A stretch of DNA of 64,000 bases from the human T2T-CHM13v2.0 reference genome, Homo sapiens (GCF_009914755.1 NC_060928.1); one strand, 5' to 3'; shown: positions 1 to 17,100, counted from the stretch's first letter. Made by a program: numbers and translations. The notes: a model not told the origin generated them from the letters alone.

Positions 1-117
1 TAAGTAAAGCTTTATTTCTTGAGATCTTTAAAAATTTCAAATACAGTAATTATCCTAAAATGATACCAACGCAAACACCTATAATGTCACATCCTAACCT
101 TTGACTTTGGCTATACC

Positions 118-550
118 TGTGGTGACAGTACCGTGGGAAATTATGCTTACTTCACACTAGTAGCATCCCAACTCTTATTTCTCATCTTAGGACTTCTCCA
201 AAACATAAGTTTGTGAAGGATAACCTAAGCACTGCCCAGAAGTACAAGGAGTTAATATCCTCTGAGGACAACTCCCAGTAAATAGAAAATAGGAACCATT
301 GATAAACATGTCAGCTTCCAGATCTTCATGGAGATAATGTTGGGAGGTTACTCAGAAGATTCCAATGAAGCATGCCCCTATTGTTTTCCCATTACAATAA
401 CATCAATAACGTACCTCTATGATTGATTTGCTTCTTCTCTGTTTCACTCTTCCTAGTTTCTCACATTTTCTACCTTAGATAATCTCCCAAATAAGTTATC
501 CCTACTCAAATCCTCGTCCCAGTCTTTGGTGACAAGACAAACCAAGCAAA
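118..550 (+). mobile_element. Old ERVL LTR, LTR16-like
   Basis: ggagttaatatcctctgaggacaactccc core and 3' end ctcccaaataagttatccctactcaaatcctcgtcccagtc resemble the recalled LTR16 consensus; heavily diverged, boundaries approximate. Confidence 0.55.
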
Positions 551-1330
551 AAGAGGTATCAATAACCTTACATCTAGGTCTAAACATGCTCTTGGAGACA
601 CTGCTGTCCAGATTCTCACAAACAAAGGGACTCTACTTATCAGAAGGCTATAAATAAACTGCAAACAGAGGCTATAAAAGCATAAAGGAGAAAACTTTAC
701 ATTTTACTCAGGTTTAATAACATTTATTGATGATTTAAAATGTTAATATATGTATAAGACACTATATAAGATCGGTATAAGACACTGTAACAATATAAGA
801 AGTGAGTTGTATAGTCCTTTTGGGAACACTGAACAGAATGTCTGGGAACTATCTCATTCGTTGTTCAATCAAAATATTTGATGTATATTCACCTAAAAAT
901 AGAATTTTAGAGTCTGGACAGAGTAATATAAAAATGATCAAAATTCATATACTCTTATATTTATATTTTTGTTGTAAAATTAAAGTGCAATTGCTGGTGC
1001 AATATGGTGAAAATAATAACTCTAAGAGTATAATAATATTTTCATATTATACTGGATACTGAAAAGAATCCAGAAAACACACAGTTAATTGATACTTAAA
1101 TTTCCAGAGAGCTAAAGAATCAGGTAGTGACATGTACTGAATCAATAGCATCATAATATAACATTTTACCTGTGTGGTTAATGGATATTTCCATGAATAT
1201 ATGCTAGCAGGTCAGCTGATACAGAATGATATTAGGCAGGAAAATTACTCATAGTTGTGTTTAATAAAATGAGAAAGAATTGTCAAATGACACTAATAAT
1301 AATAATAATCCTATAGCAGGCTAAATAATT

Positions 1331-1384
1331 CCATAATAATTACAAGTATTAATCTCACCATAATAATTACAAGTATTAATCTCA
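1331..1384. repeat. Perfect 27-bp tandem duplication
   Basis: ccataataattacaagtattaatctca x2, read directly. Confidence 0.95.
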
Positions 1385-3434
1385 CTTTCTTCACTGATTA
1401 TGAATCTCCTATCTTTTCAATGTAAATGGGGGTGGCAGATTGCAATGAGTTGTGAAAACCCAGCAGTGACTTTGGCAGTGAAGCCCTCTCATCAATTTTG
1501 ATAAATTAAAATGATTTTGGATTTTGGTTAGCTCTTGGTCTTGAGTAGATTCAACAACTTTATTTTTGCACATGTCTTATATAAAAAAAAGAACCATTGT
1601 AAATTCTTGCTGTCATTTCATGGAGCCAATACAATTATAGTGATAACAGAGGGCAATTGACAGCATTAGGGCAGGTAACTATCTTGAAGTACTGGAATTA
1701 GAAATAAAATTCCAATATTTTATATAACCTTGCTTTTTTGATAAAAATGATAGTATTGCTTACCTTGTAGACTCCTGCTATTATGTAGCTATTTTTAGCA
1801 TGTATATTGTATCATATGCCTTTTGTTTCTGGGTAACTAATCCACTTAGAGATCAAGTGGGTTGCAAAACCACTTTTACTGGTGGGTTAGCTTTATAATT
1901 AAAAATAGCTGAAAAAGGGAAGAAAAATATTTCACATTAAAATAAACTTAAGTTTGACCAAAATGTTTACTCACTGTAATGGTGATTCTTAAGGTACAGA
2001 AAAAAATTTTGAAATATAGTTATCAATTAGCGTAAGTCTAGTTGGCTATTTTTCATATTTGTCTAGTGTCAAATGTGTTGACATTCTGGTCCAATCCATT
2101 ATATCAGGTCACCTGTGAATTTTTATTATAATATTGACAACGCAGTGTATCTTAAGATCATGACACTTTAGAAATAAAGTATGAGGTACATTTTCAAAAG
2201 CATTACACATACATAAAGCCAAGATACCAAAAAAGGTGGATGCCTGTGGTAGAGTATATACTCAATGAATGAATAGACGCCCAGAGCTTTGAGTGAGGTC
2301 TGTGACTGTTATTCAAGATGGGGTCAACCAGTGGCTTCTGAATAAATAATCTGTTGTGAAATTATCACTAAATTAATTAGTACAATGTAAATCCGAGAAG
2401 GCTAGACTAATTTTAGCCATCTTAGCTCAATGAACAAATGGGATAAATTTTAGTTTGGTCAGTTTTTGACCTGATTTCTAACCATTTTACATTAGTGAGA
2501 ACCTTCCTGAAATAAGGGTTCTTAAGGACATAGCCCTTTGGGCACAAAAGTTCAATAAATGTTTTAATTTATAGACTATTGTATAGCACATGCAAGTTAT
2601 ACCAAATTTACTGATGCATATATGTAGACATATGATAATATTTAGCTTATCATTTTATGCTTTAATTATAATATTCCAAAAGTTGTAGAATATTTAATAT
2701 ACACTTTTTTAAGCTATGTTAGAGATAAACTAAACCTTACAGAATCTGCTTCTTAGATGATAACTTTTATCGTCTAGATTTCAGAGTTTATTTCCTGCAT
2801 GTCAATCTTATTACTTAGTGGTGAAAAAATTTGTTAACATGTTAAGAATTATGAAAAGAATGAAAATATGATTATTTTAATGAAGAAAAGGGATTTTTCT
2901 AGATTGTGTCTTTAAGTGACTAGTACTCACTAAATTTATAACAACAAAAAAGTCAAAGATTTTTATAACTGAAGACATTGGGCAAAGTAACTTTTCCAGC
3001 ACTCTTTGATTCATATCATATTTATAGCTTGTTTTTTCTACTCCTTTGCCATTCATAGAGAAAAGATATTCACCCTTAAGAGAGCTTATAAAACCAAGAG
3101 TGGATTAATGAATTGTCAAATGGAAAATAATCAGTACTTGTACTTAGTCCTATGTTTTCAGCTTCTTACTTTGACCCATTCTCTTGTCAAAATCAATTTA
3201 CCTTGTCCTAGGCTTACATACAGATCAACCTTGTTTTCTACTTTGTGAAAATAAATAGAATTGAGTTAATTAATTGGATAATTATTGCAAGTTAATTCAT
3301 TAAATAGTTAATGAATTATTCAATAAGAAATAAATCAAACAAACTCCACCACTACCAAGTTAAGTACAGATTGCTTGAACATTGGTGTTCAAACAGGTAG
3401 ATATATATATACAGCAAAATTTTTCAAAATGAAG

Positions 3435-3662
3435 TGCTGTGGTTTGAATGTTTATTTCCTCCAAAACTCCTGTTGAAATTTAAGTGCCATTTTAACAGTA
3501 CTAACTGGTGAGACCTTCAGGAGATGGTTAGGCCATGAGCGCCCTATTCTCAGGAGTGGGATTGGTGCCATTACAAAAGAGTGAATTCAGTCCCCTCTTG
3601 CCCTCTCTCTCTCCACTTCACCTTCCACAGTGTAATGAAACAGAAAGAAGTTTCTTACCAGA
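3435..3662 (+). mobile_element. MST-family MaLR LTR, 5' part
   Basis: Starts tgctgtggtttgaatg...ctccaaaactcctgttgaaatttaa (MST LTR start); interrupted at accagatg. Confidence 0.8.
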
Positions 3663-5555
<1,893 letters not shown>

Positions 5556-5725
5556 GGAGCCTCTAACAAACTCTCCCATCCTTAAAAACTCTTAGTCTGT
5601 AAGAGAGTGTGCCCCTGACCTAACTGGGCCAGAAGGAGCCTCTCAGGTTTGTTTTCTCCAAAATAAATCTGTCTTGACTGGCAAGCCGCCTTTTGTGTTT
5701 CTTTCCTCTTTCCTTAATTCTTACA
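5556..5725 (+). mobile_element. MER61-type LTR, 3' part only
   Basis: cttaaaaactcttagtctgtaagagagtgtg...aataaa...tttctttcctctttccttaattcttaca matches the recalled MER61 LTR 3' end and ends in CA. Confidence 0.75.
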
Positions 5726-5850
5726 CCAGATGCTAGCATATTGATATTGGACTCCCCATCCTCCAGAATCATGAGCAAATGAATTTCTGTTTATCATGAA
5801 TTACCCAGTCTGTGGTATCCTGTTATAGTAGCACAGACCAAACTAAGGTA
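5726..5850 (+). mobile_element. MST-family MaLR LTR, 3' part
   Basis: ccagatgctagcatattgatattggactcccc...ttacccagtctgtggtatcctgttatagtagcacagaccaaactaag continues the MST consensus to its end. Confidence 0.8.
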
Positions 5851-6299
5851 GTAAGAGTGTACTAATACTTTTCCATATTTACTGAATCCTAACACTCCTT
5901 TGTTACTTCCCCTTTTGCAAAATGACCTCTCCCACTTTACGAAACAAAGGCATTCCCCTTACCTGACATGTTATTATAGCATATTACCTCATGAATAAAA
6001 ACTTCCAGGGAACCAAACAAAAGGGTAACAGGAAATATTATTTTCAATGAAGACTGTTTTTATGGTGAATCAAAGCACAGCAAACCACATTGAGGCAACC
6101 CGTCTTTCTCTACATAAGCATGGTGTTAGAAACGGGGTATTTTGGCCTGATAGAATATTGTTAAATTGACTATTTCCAGAATATAAGCAAGGAGAGACTT
6201 TACATCTTCAATTTTCTAAATATTTTCAAGTAATATATGGCCCTTAGAGAATGTTGTGAGAACAAAGCGAAGAAAGCATTGATAAAAACAAGTGATATT

Positions 6300-6692
<393 letters not shown>

Positions 6693-7855
6693 TTACCTAT
6701 ATTCTTCTCATAGACTGCTGAAATGAAACATATCTCAAGCAGCAAAAGCAATTCAGGTTAGTGACACTGACACAATCATATGAAGTTTTCAAAAGTATCA
6801 TATTTTTAAAAGTTATGTGGATATAGACATGTCTCTAATTAACTATTTTATACAATTTCTTTCATGTGTAGCATATTTCTTATTTGCAAAGGTACTTACA
6901 AACTATATGACCAAATCAAATTATAACATATTTTTTATAATTACAACCTATTCCATTCTTGTTTTATCTCTGTTTACTATAGTCTATCTTCTAATTTAAA
7001 AATCTCTAAATTCACATACTAGTTGCTAAAGCTATTTATTGTAAATAATATAGATCTTTGTCTTTCATAACTAGATAGAAAAAATAGATCTTAAGGTATA
7101 ATAAAATTAATGGAGTTATATCTAAATATTTACATATGAAGCTTAGTTTTTTTTTTCAAGCAGAATACCAGGCACACTCATGCCAACACATTTCCTGAAG
7201 GGATAGCATCTTTTCTATGCCAATTATCTTTTCATAAGTATCTTATAATTTTAGCTATGTATTTTTTGAAAATTAAGTAGTAAGACATAGCATATAGATT
7301 TGTCCTTTTATAAAACTTATTTCTATATTAGACTTAGGTCATGTTAATTGTGATTTGAATGTTATTAATAATACTAATTAAAATATATATACTGAAATGT
7401 GTTTTTGATTGTGTTTATATTTATTTCCATGTATAGAAACAGCTTTATCTGCTTCAAAAATGAAGACCCTTTCTGTTCGATGGAAAGCAAATCAGATTTA
7501 ACCAATTGGTACAAGTTTGGGCATTGATTACGCTGATGAGTTAATATGATAGACATATCCATTACTAGACTGGATGAGATAAATATACACACATACAATG
7601 TTGTGCAAAAATATATGTAAAACCCAAGGAAGACAGACATGTTTTCTCCAAAAAAAAAAGTTGAAATAGATAGGTTGAAACAAACAAATTTACAGCTCTT
7701 TATGATAAAAGTGGGCAAGGAAATTGTCATGGACTGAAACAAAAATGATGATAACAGGCATAACTACTAGTCTTGCTGGAACATTTTGTAACATGAAATT
7801 AACAAAGGCCATAGTTCTACTAAGTACATCCCAGTTCTTTTTTAGGCAATTGATA

Positions 7856-8160
7856 TTTTTTTCTGAGACACGGTCTTCCTCCCATCACCCAGGCTGGCAT
7901 GCAGTGGTAGAATCGATCACACCTCACTGAAGCCAGGACTTCCTAGCCTCAAGCGATCTTCCCATCTCGGCCTCCAGAGAAGCTGGAACTACAAGCGTGC
8001 ACCACTATGCCCGGCTAAATTATTATTATTATTATTTTTTTTTTTTATTGTAGAGATGGGGTTTCTCCATGTTGCCCAGGCTGGCCCTGGACTCAAGCCA
8101 TCCTCTCACCTTGGCCTCCTAAAGCACTGGGATTACAGGCACAAAGCATTGCACCCTGCC
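7856..8160 (-). mobile_element. AluJ
   Basis: Diverged antisense Alu with J-type features (ctcactgaagcc...ctcaagcgatcttccc); caattgat on both flanks. Confidence 0.92.
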
Positions 8161-9499
8161 AGTCAATTGATTTTGGAGTTTTCTATCTCTAATAAAAAAG
8201 AAAAAGCTAATAGATTTTTCAATGATTATATCATTTTGATGATATATCACTATTTTATGTCTAAATTATAATCTGGGAGGAATTTAAAGAATCCAATATA
8301 TTTTCTTTAACATTCCCCACCTACTTATAAAAATGAAACTCACTATTAGACTTGATTATGAACCTTATCTAATTTTAACAGTAATGTAATAATCAACTAA
8401 TTAGAAAAATGACCCTCTTAATCTCATTGAAAGATTGTGTTCCAATAAATTGTATTTATTGTTTAATAATTATTGACACATAGTATACTTTTATTTGTAT
8501 TCAGGTATTAATAACATAAATATAATGTATATAATAATTCAATAGAGCTGATTTTTTTACTATTTAGATCTTTTATTATAAGATTGTTATAAATTTCTCT
8601 CTCTGTATATATATTTATATGCCTATCTATCTATCCATCTATTTATCTATCTACATACCTATTTTAATTCCAAAAGTATAGTGTCATCAATAAAGGTTTT
8701 TGTAGCACAAAAATATAATAAACTAGAACAAATTCTGTGGTATAAGTGAAATGGAAATACATTTTAAAAAGAAAACAAATGATATAAAATTGACTACTGT
8801 TAAGGAGTCTGCTTGCATATATTTTAAATGAGTGATGTTGTCCATAAATAGCTAAGGTAACATAATAATTTAACAGTTTTCTTTCTAAATGTTAATATCG
8901 ACAACATCAGGGAAACTACTCCTTTGAAACAAGTATAGAGAATCTTCCTTATGCCAGGCACTGGACTGTGAGCAAGTCATAGCAAAAATCAAAACGAAAT
9001 GTAAACTTTCAATAAACTTTTATTCTAGTGGTAGATAGGATAACCATTTACAAGATGTGGATTAAGTATTATAACAGAGTTATATAAATAAAAGTTTTAT
9101 GGCAGTGTGGAAGAGGAAAGAAATAATACTGTCACAGGTTATTGTAACAATATTATTGCTATGGTCAATTATTTAATTATGATTGTATATGTTGTTTTAT
9201 TTGTACAATAGATCATGTAATTATGGATGTGATAAGGTGGTGTTGGGCAACATTAAGATTAACATGGTATTTTCTAACTGGGTGACAAACATCAGTCTTA
9301 GAGTTTTATATATTATTCTACTTGCTGTTGATAAGTTTACTTTAATAAAATATATTTATCTAAGGAATATGATACATGAAGTATTTAATAGAGTAATGGA
9401 AATACAAAAATTGCAGGAAATGTATTATGTTCTATAGAATTATATTACTCTATGTAGGCTAGTGTTGTGAAATTCTGCATTGCTGTCTTCAAAGGAAAG

Positions 9500-9770
9500 T
9501 GCTCATTTGCTCTCCCTCTCTGTCTCTTTCCCCCTTCCATTGTGCTGGAAAGTGTACATATACATGGTGAGACAGTTTTAACCATGTAAATAAAGCCTAT
9601 ACTCTACAGGATAATGAAGTAAGTTAGAATAGTCTGAATGCAAAATGACCTAAAGGAGTAGGACCGTATGGCTGTCCCGTAATATTCAGGTATCTCTATA
9701 CTACCACACAGGAAATGGATATCTGTATTGTTTAAGCTACTGCATTTTGAATCTCTTCCTTATAGTAACA
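9500..9770 (+). mobile_element. Old MLT1-type MaLR LTR fragment
   Basis: Ends tgtttaagctactgcattttgaatctcttccttatagtaaca, resembling an MLT1 3' end; very diverged. Confidence 0.4.
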
Positions 9771-11299
9771 TGGGCTGTGATAGATTCCTTTCATCCTTCT
9801 GATATATGGAGATTAGAAAAATATTTCAATTTAGAATGGGAAAAAATCAAGTTAATCAATGTGGAAGAATGTCATAACAAGAAAGCCTCATGCATGTCGC
9901 ATTGCAAAATTCAGCTTTGTGCATCAAAAGAACCACACATTGTTTCTATTTTTGAATGTATTTTTTTTTCAAGATAGTATAGAAAGGTAGATGGCATATG
10001 TATAAACTTTCAGGAATGCAGTTACAAAGCATTTCTTCAAAAGAGATGACTTTTGTCATCACTATTTTACTGAGAAATTCTATATCATCAAAGCCCTATC
10101 ATTTTGGTGACATATGACACTAATAAAGCATCATGATGACCATGATAATGTATGTGTGAGTCATAATATATCATCACAATGGTATCTCTGAAATGATTTA
10201 TCAGAATTGTACATCACTGTGGTGACACTGCATTGATGTTGAAGTACCAGCAAGAATACATCTCCGAGACTTAAAATCCTTATTGTAATAATAAATGTTT
10301 TATTTTTATAAATTTATTCTTATGAGAAATGAACTGTTATAGTATGTCAGGTTGAGTGAAAAATACAAGAAATTCAAAATATTAAATCTATATATTTGAC
10401 TTCCACGAAACAGGAACTATTTATATACAGAAACATTTAAGTCCCCAAGTTACATGAACTTATTCCTCTATGTCTGAGGATACTTTACTGCCATTATTCA
10501 ATAAATATAAATAAAGTTTTATCTCAGACTTCCAACTGGCTTTTTGTTTCTGTTTTTCCCATGTTAGTAAGCTGATATTTGTTGAGAATGATGATGTGAA
10601 CACAGGTTTTAGGTTCAAATTTGTTCTTGATAACCATTGAAAACATTGTGCCTGAACATTAAAACATATATATCCAAATGAGATTATCAGCCCCAAGTGA
10701 CAAGTGAATGTCTGTGTTCTTCTGATTCTCTGAGAGCTTAAAAATAAAGCAAGCACTAAACAGAAAATTCATCTTATTAATTTACGGAAGATTTGGCACC
10801 TCACAGACAGTCGAATTAAATTTGTCAAATTACTGAAATCCATGCTCTTCTTATAGTGGTAGGTGAGATTTTGCTGGTCTCTGGAAGGCTATGCAGTGTG
10901 ATTGTCAAGACTTTAATCTGTGGTGGACTAGGAAGGAGATATACTAGCTGGTGCACCATTTCTAGCTTTTGAATCGTGTGGAGAAACTAGTAACTGCAAG
11001 AACTGAGGAATTAAGTGTTTGTTGACGAGTACCATTGATAGGCCAATAATGGAACATGTCAGGCTCAAATTGATTGCTCAGAAATGAAAGGAAAGAGTGT
11101 GAGTCTCCTTGGCAGTTTTTACAGATACAGATTATTTCCTAGACCCAGAGGACAGACAGATTTGAAGACCAGGCACAGAACTTAGATCTCATCCTGTTAA
11201 AACTGACAATCCTGAGTCCAGATTGGCAAATGCCACACAGTTAAAATGTCAAACAGTTGGTGACACCAGTAGCAATTCATTATACAGTGGATACAGGAC

Positions 11300-12900
11300 A
11301 TATAAGATTGGGTTTGAGAAGATTGAGAGGGTAAAAGTAAGCTGCGTGAACAGTTGGCTCAGATTCCCTCGATACCTTGTAACTTTCACACCTATGCCTC
11401 TATAAACAGTTCCTTATGAACAGCTGACAGAGATAGAAAAGGCCAGGCTTGTTTCAAGGATGGGTTGGATAAGTTTGTGAGTGTAAGGTGAAAATATATT
11501 GTTATCATTACAGCCTCACTTACCGGGTGGCCTAAATGGCAGTGGTGATGAGCAATCTTCCTGTTGGGCAGAGCTTTGGGCACAGTTCTTGGACATCTAC
11601 TCTGTTTGGAAAGACACATCACCCAATGTAGAGATATATTTGAACTTGTGGGCGGTGGTAAATGCCTTTGCTTATTATATAGAATGCCGAGAAGGACAAA
11701 TTTAAGGAGACTCAAAGGAAAGACACGTTACTGGACTTACATTAGGCACAAAGTGTGAGAATATTTTAATTATACATTAATACCCACAAGAGAGCATTTA
11801 GTAAACAAAAGCTTAAAAAAATGGAAAGATAACTCACCTAAAAGATGTTATCCAACCAGTTTCTGATCCTATTACTTGAATATTAACTTATTTAAAGAGT
11901 GCTTGCCCCCCAACAGGAAGGCTCCTTCTCAGCCAGTCTCATCCAATCACTGCCACTGCAGTGTCCAACCTGCCTTCTCAGTGAACAACACTTAGGTCCA
12001 ACTATGATGCATTACCTTGAGGACAGAAAAAAGTAAAATAAAATACACTAGATGGCAAGTTAATTACATCAGACCCCATCTTTCATGGAAAAGGCAGTGC
12101 TTCATCCTGACAGCAGGTGGCATACTTTTTTGGGTAAGAGTTTCTCCTTTCCAGTCATAGTGTCTCATCCAACAACATTTTCTGAGAATTTTCAAAGTGT
12201 CTGATTTACTGGCGCAGAATCTCACATAACAGCTTACCAGACCAAGGCCATGGGCACATAATTATGAGATCCACAGATTGTACCACATATAGTACCATCC
12301 AGAAACTTCTTCCTCATAGAACACCTAATAAGAACTATAATAACCTCCTGAAGGTGCCAACTTGAAAATGAGGTTCTGAGGGAACAGGTTGCTTTTCATT
12401 AGAAAATAGAATGCACCAAGCATCATTATCTCATGCTGTTGCCCTAACAGGCAGATACATGGGTACAAAAACCAAGGACTAGAGGTAGTTTCAAGGTAGA
12501 AGGTAGAAATGACCCTGCTAACAAGCACTTCCAAAGACCTAATGGTGGATGTATACTTTTGTCCTTTACACTTTAGACTTTGTGGGAATAAAGGTACTGG
12601 GTCTCAGAAGAGGGCTCATTTTATACAGAGACACTAACGAATACCATTAAACATAACACTATATCTGCATCCTGGCCACGTAGGCCTACTCATGTGAGTA
12701 CATTGGTAGGGGCAGAAAAGATATACAATACTTCCAGAATTTTTACAAATAATGAGACCTGATCATAATAACGAGGTAGAACTACACAATGGGGCAGGGA
12801 GAAATAACTTTGGTACTCGAATGACCTACTGAGTCATTCCTCGGTACTTCCTTGATCAGAAGTCAAATAAAGTGAGGGTAAATGCTAGTGAGATTTCTGC
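11300..12900 (+). mobile_element. Decayed ERVL-class pol remnant (RNase H, integrase, dUTPase)
   Basis: ORF 11499-11705 LQP..SGDEQSSCWAELWA...WKD..P.V.IY..LWAVVNA matches ERVL RNase H (SSQWAELRAV..WKEKWP.V..YTDSWAVANG); integrase WQV.YI.P at ~12054; dUTPase-like hPGH.GLL at ~12670; many stops/frameshifts; may extend upstream to ~10800. Confidence 0.8.
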
Positions 12901-12958
12901 AGCCGAGTAATCCAGGCAAGAGGTGAATGTGTTCTTTTCCTATAGGAGATAGCAAACA

Positions 12959-13167
12959 TTCTAATGAATAGCAACCGATTCCCTCAGAACCTCATTTTCA
13001 AGTTGGCACCTTAGCTGTGCCCTTAGGAGGTTCTTATAGTGCTTATCAGGTGTCTATCAGGAAGAAGCTTCTGGATGGTAGTACATGTGGTGCAATCTGT
13101 GGATCTCATAGTTATGTTCCCATGGCCTGGAAAGCTGCTATGGGAGATTCTCTGCCAGTAAATCAGA
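12959..13167 (-). repeat. Inverted copy of 12200-12404 (ERVL integrase segment)
   Basis: Reverse complement aligns over ~205 bp, including an exact aaggtgccaacttgaaaatgaggttctgagggaa. Confidence 0.92.
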
Positions 13168-13848
13168 TGGCTAGACAAGGAAAGGAGAAAGAAAGAAGGA
13201 TAATTAGATGATATAGTATTTTTTGTAGTAAGGAATAATAGATGGTATCAATACCATCCATTATTAAATATGAAAGGACATTTTTAATACTCTGCGATAA
13301 TTGCTTTAAAAATTTACCATTATAAATGAGTATTATCTACCACATCAAGAGTCGGGGAGTATTCTTATGTTCCATCTTTATTTCCGACAATGAGTTGATG
13401 TGATTCAACATATATCTGTGCATTCTACATAGATATGACCATCAGACTCAAGCCCAGTATGTCCAAAAGACTTTTAAAAAATTGACCTTTGTCCTGATAA
13501 AACTCTTGCAAAATCTAAAGCATGTTTTAATAAATGAAGTAAAGTTAATACGGTAATAGAAAAACACTGGTTTTTAGAAGTACCAGGATGTATTTTTTAT
13601 TGGACAACTTGAAATACCTGCACATGTTCCATTTGGAAATATCCAGCAGATTTTTTAGAAATATGGGTTCGTTTGTCAAGAGAGAGTATGAGATAGCTAT
13701 GAATGTGGTCAAAATTTATTTTGGTAAGCCTTTTGTCTGTTAGAAAGATTAACTTATCTGTGTAAATAGCATATACAAATACATATTTGGAATTGAAAAC
13801 TATTTCATAGTAGCAAGACTTGAAGTTACCATGGAATCTAAGAAAATA

Positions 13849-14158
13849 GGTCAGGCATAGTGACTCACACCTGCAATCCCAGCACTTTGGGAGGCTGAGG
13901 CAGGTGGGTATCTTGAGCCCATGAGTTCCAGACAAGACTGGGAAATACAGGGAGACCCTGTCTCTACAAAAAATTCAAAAATTAGCCAGGCATTTTGGTT
14001 CACAGCTGTAGTCCCAGCTACTTTGTAGACTGAGGTGGGAGGATTACTTGAGCCCAAGAGGAGGTTGAGACTGCACTGAACTGTGATCATTGTGCCACTG
14101 TACTGCCTCCTGGGTGACAGAGTGAGATTCATCTCAAAAAAAAAAAAAAAAAAGAAAA
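13849..14158 (+). mobile_element. AluJ
   Basis: Full dimer, poly(A), TSD aagaaaata (13840-13848 / 14159-14167). Confidence 0.95.
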
Positions 14159-17100
14159 AAGAAAATACCTGACTGAGAACTTTATCTTCAGAATGATTTC
14201 AGTGAGCATACTGGGATGCCCTTGAATTTTATATGGTTTTCAAATAAATATTTGAAAAGCTTGTTTATATTTCAGCAAATTTAACTGAGGCAGCTAAAAG
14301 CAGAGACACTGAAAAGGAAGATGTCTCAAAGTATATTTTTTAACAGTGTTCTCTCCATATCCAGGCAACCACTGGGTGATTAGTAATGCCTCTTAATAGC
14401 CGCTTGTCAGAGTGGAAATATGTGGCAAAGGATCTTAAGTTGAATATATTGTACATGTGTGTGTTATATTAAGTAGCTATGTAAATATTTATTCATTAAA
14501 AAATCAATCATTGAACATCTAAATTGATTGACCGGAATCCTGCCCTCAGGGAAATTTTAGACTGCAATACTACTTAAGGAAATAAATATTAGGTAAAAAG
14601 ATAGGTCAGGAGAAGAAAGTATTGGAATTGCTTTTGGTGTACTGAGATCAAATTTTTAACAATTAATGAAAAATCCAAAACAGCAAATTAAATAAATTAA
14701 GGTTAAAAAAGTAGAGAAGATATGTGATAGCATGTGAAAATAAGATGAACTCATTGATGAACTATATTTGAGTTTTTCCTAAAATTATAAGTGATAGAAA
14801 GTGATTCAGTTTATCTGTAAAAGCACAATTGACACTTAATTTTTCATATCACTGCACATTTTATCTGACTTTCCATTTTGGGACCTTAGCCACTTGTGGA
14901 AGAAAAAGCCATAGAAAATAATGATTAGACATAAGTAGTAATGCTTTTGAAAACATGTTAATTTCATAATTTTCGTTTTAGAATTTTTTCTTTGAACTTA
15001 TTTATCCTTATGTAAATTTCTTATCCTAGAATAATTTACAAACACATAACATTTTATTGCTAGAAATTAACTTTAAAAACAACTTTCCTACCTTATTATT
15101 TTAATGGCTTCAATTATTGCAGCGTTAGCAGCAATCTTGGAAGAATGTTATTTAATACTTAAGAGACTAATTTTTTAGTGTTATTCTTATTAGGATATGT
15201 AAAAGATAGTATTATATAAGAAATATTCTCTGGAAGTGGTACAGAATTTATGAAAAGAAAGCAGATGAGAACCTCTAGGTCAAAATTCGGGTGTTAATAA
15301 GAGCAGAGTTTTTCAAAGCTTTCTTAGCTCCTCAGTTGAATCCACAGATGTTTCAGACTTGTAAAAAGGCATTGCAAAGGGCAAAATGAGGTTATTGCTT
15401 CATCATTTATAGATACTGAGGATAATTTTATGTTAATGCTGTTTTAGTTACATATTATATAAGTCAAAATAATGGTGACTTGTATTCACATTTGTTTTCA
15501 TGTGTTAGAAAAAATCTATTCTCTCTCTATTAATATATATCCACATATATGTAGTTATATGCATATATGGTTATACTTTTTGTAAGCAGAGATTTGAATT
15601 ATATGAATTATTCATTTATAGCTAAATAGTGGAGAATTAAATTTTATGTACAAGAATATGAAGTCACATCCACAATGGCTGATGGGAAAATATAAAAATA
15701 GTATTTCAAGCTGCGCATAGCATCACATTTGAATATCAAACAAATAAATTGACATTGCTGTACAAATTACAGTAAATCTAAATTGCTTTACTGAGTATAG
15801 AGAGTATAGATGACACTGTCACCTCAGTAACAAACTTGTAAGTTATACATAAGGAATCCACGTTAGATTTTCCAATTTTTATTTCTCAATATTCCTGGTT
15901 GCACAAAAAATAGTTATTTATAGTACTCTACTGTAGAATATTGCTTACTCATATTTGTGTGTCTATGTGAATTTGTGTATCTCAAAATCATCTTACAATT
16001 CCTGCAGGGCTGATTAAAAAAAAATATTTACACTATTTACAAATGGTTTAAAAAAATGCTCTGCCTTTATAAATTTTCTTCTTGAAATAGACAATCAATG
16101 ACCTTTTTGCTAGGTATTAATTGAAACCTACTAACTTATACTTTTGTGATTAAAGTTTTATAGTCCTGCTTCCTTTAGGGAAAACAACAACAACAATATG
16201 TGGGGTTACTGATTTAAACATATTTTTTAGTGCTAACTTTGTCTATTGATTTTTCAACTGTTGTCATAAAAATAAATGTTATATTTTCACACACAGTCAA
16301 AATAATTAATTTTGTATCTAAACCCACATCATAAAACTTTGAAGAGTCAAAGTTATTTTTTTATTTTAAAAATTGAGTACAGCGGGAATGCCAATCTCCT
16401 AGTAACTAATTGTAACTGAAAGAGAATGAAAAATTGGAAGATACAGAGAGGAAGAGAATTTAAAAAATAAAATTACAGTTAATGTAGTAGATATGGCATT
16501 ATATTTGAAATAAATTTCCAATTGTATGTTAATGATTCTATTTGTGTCCTAAGGAAAAAGAAATGTGATAAAATTCATTTTATACAAGGGAAAGTAATAA
16601 ATAGAACCTACATTGTACATGATGTAGAAAAACAAACTTTTTTCCATATAATATTGTATTAAGTGACTAAGAGTTTAGTTTTATTTTATAGTAAAATTAA
16701 TGATCATTTCAGGACTTTTAAGGTTTAAATGAAATATTTATTATTAGCAAACTGAAATCTCAGAACGCGTGAGGTTCCACCATGGAGTAAAATTGTGAGG
16801 TGTGCTCACTATGGGGTAATTTTTTGTTTCTAAATTCAGGGCCATCATCCTCCAAATGTGTTCTGTTAAAAGAAAGGAATAGCAATAGTTTGAAGAAGAA
16901 TATTTCAAAAATTGTCAAATTATTACTTTTTCAAAAATCAGAGATTCATTTGCATGTTAATAAAATGTGTTCTATCATTTGTATATGAGGAAATGAATAT
17001 TAAAGTGATAAATGCCTCCGAGTCACAAAATGACCACCCGATGCTAAATATAACAATGATTCTTCCTAAAATATTCTATTAAATAATATTACTCAATAAC

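Noticed and set aside
8930-9130. Possible L2/MIR fragments (also ~24520, ~60600, ~61050)
   Set aside because: Too short and diverged to call by eye
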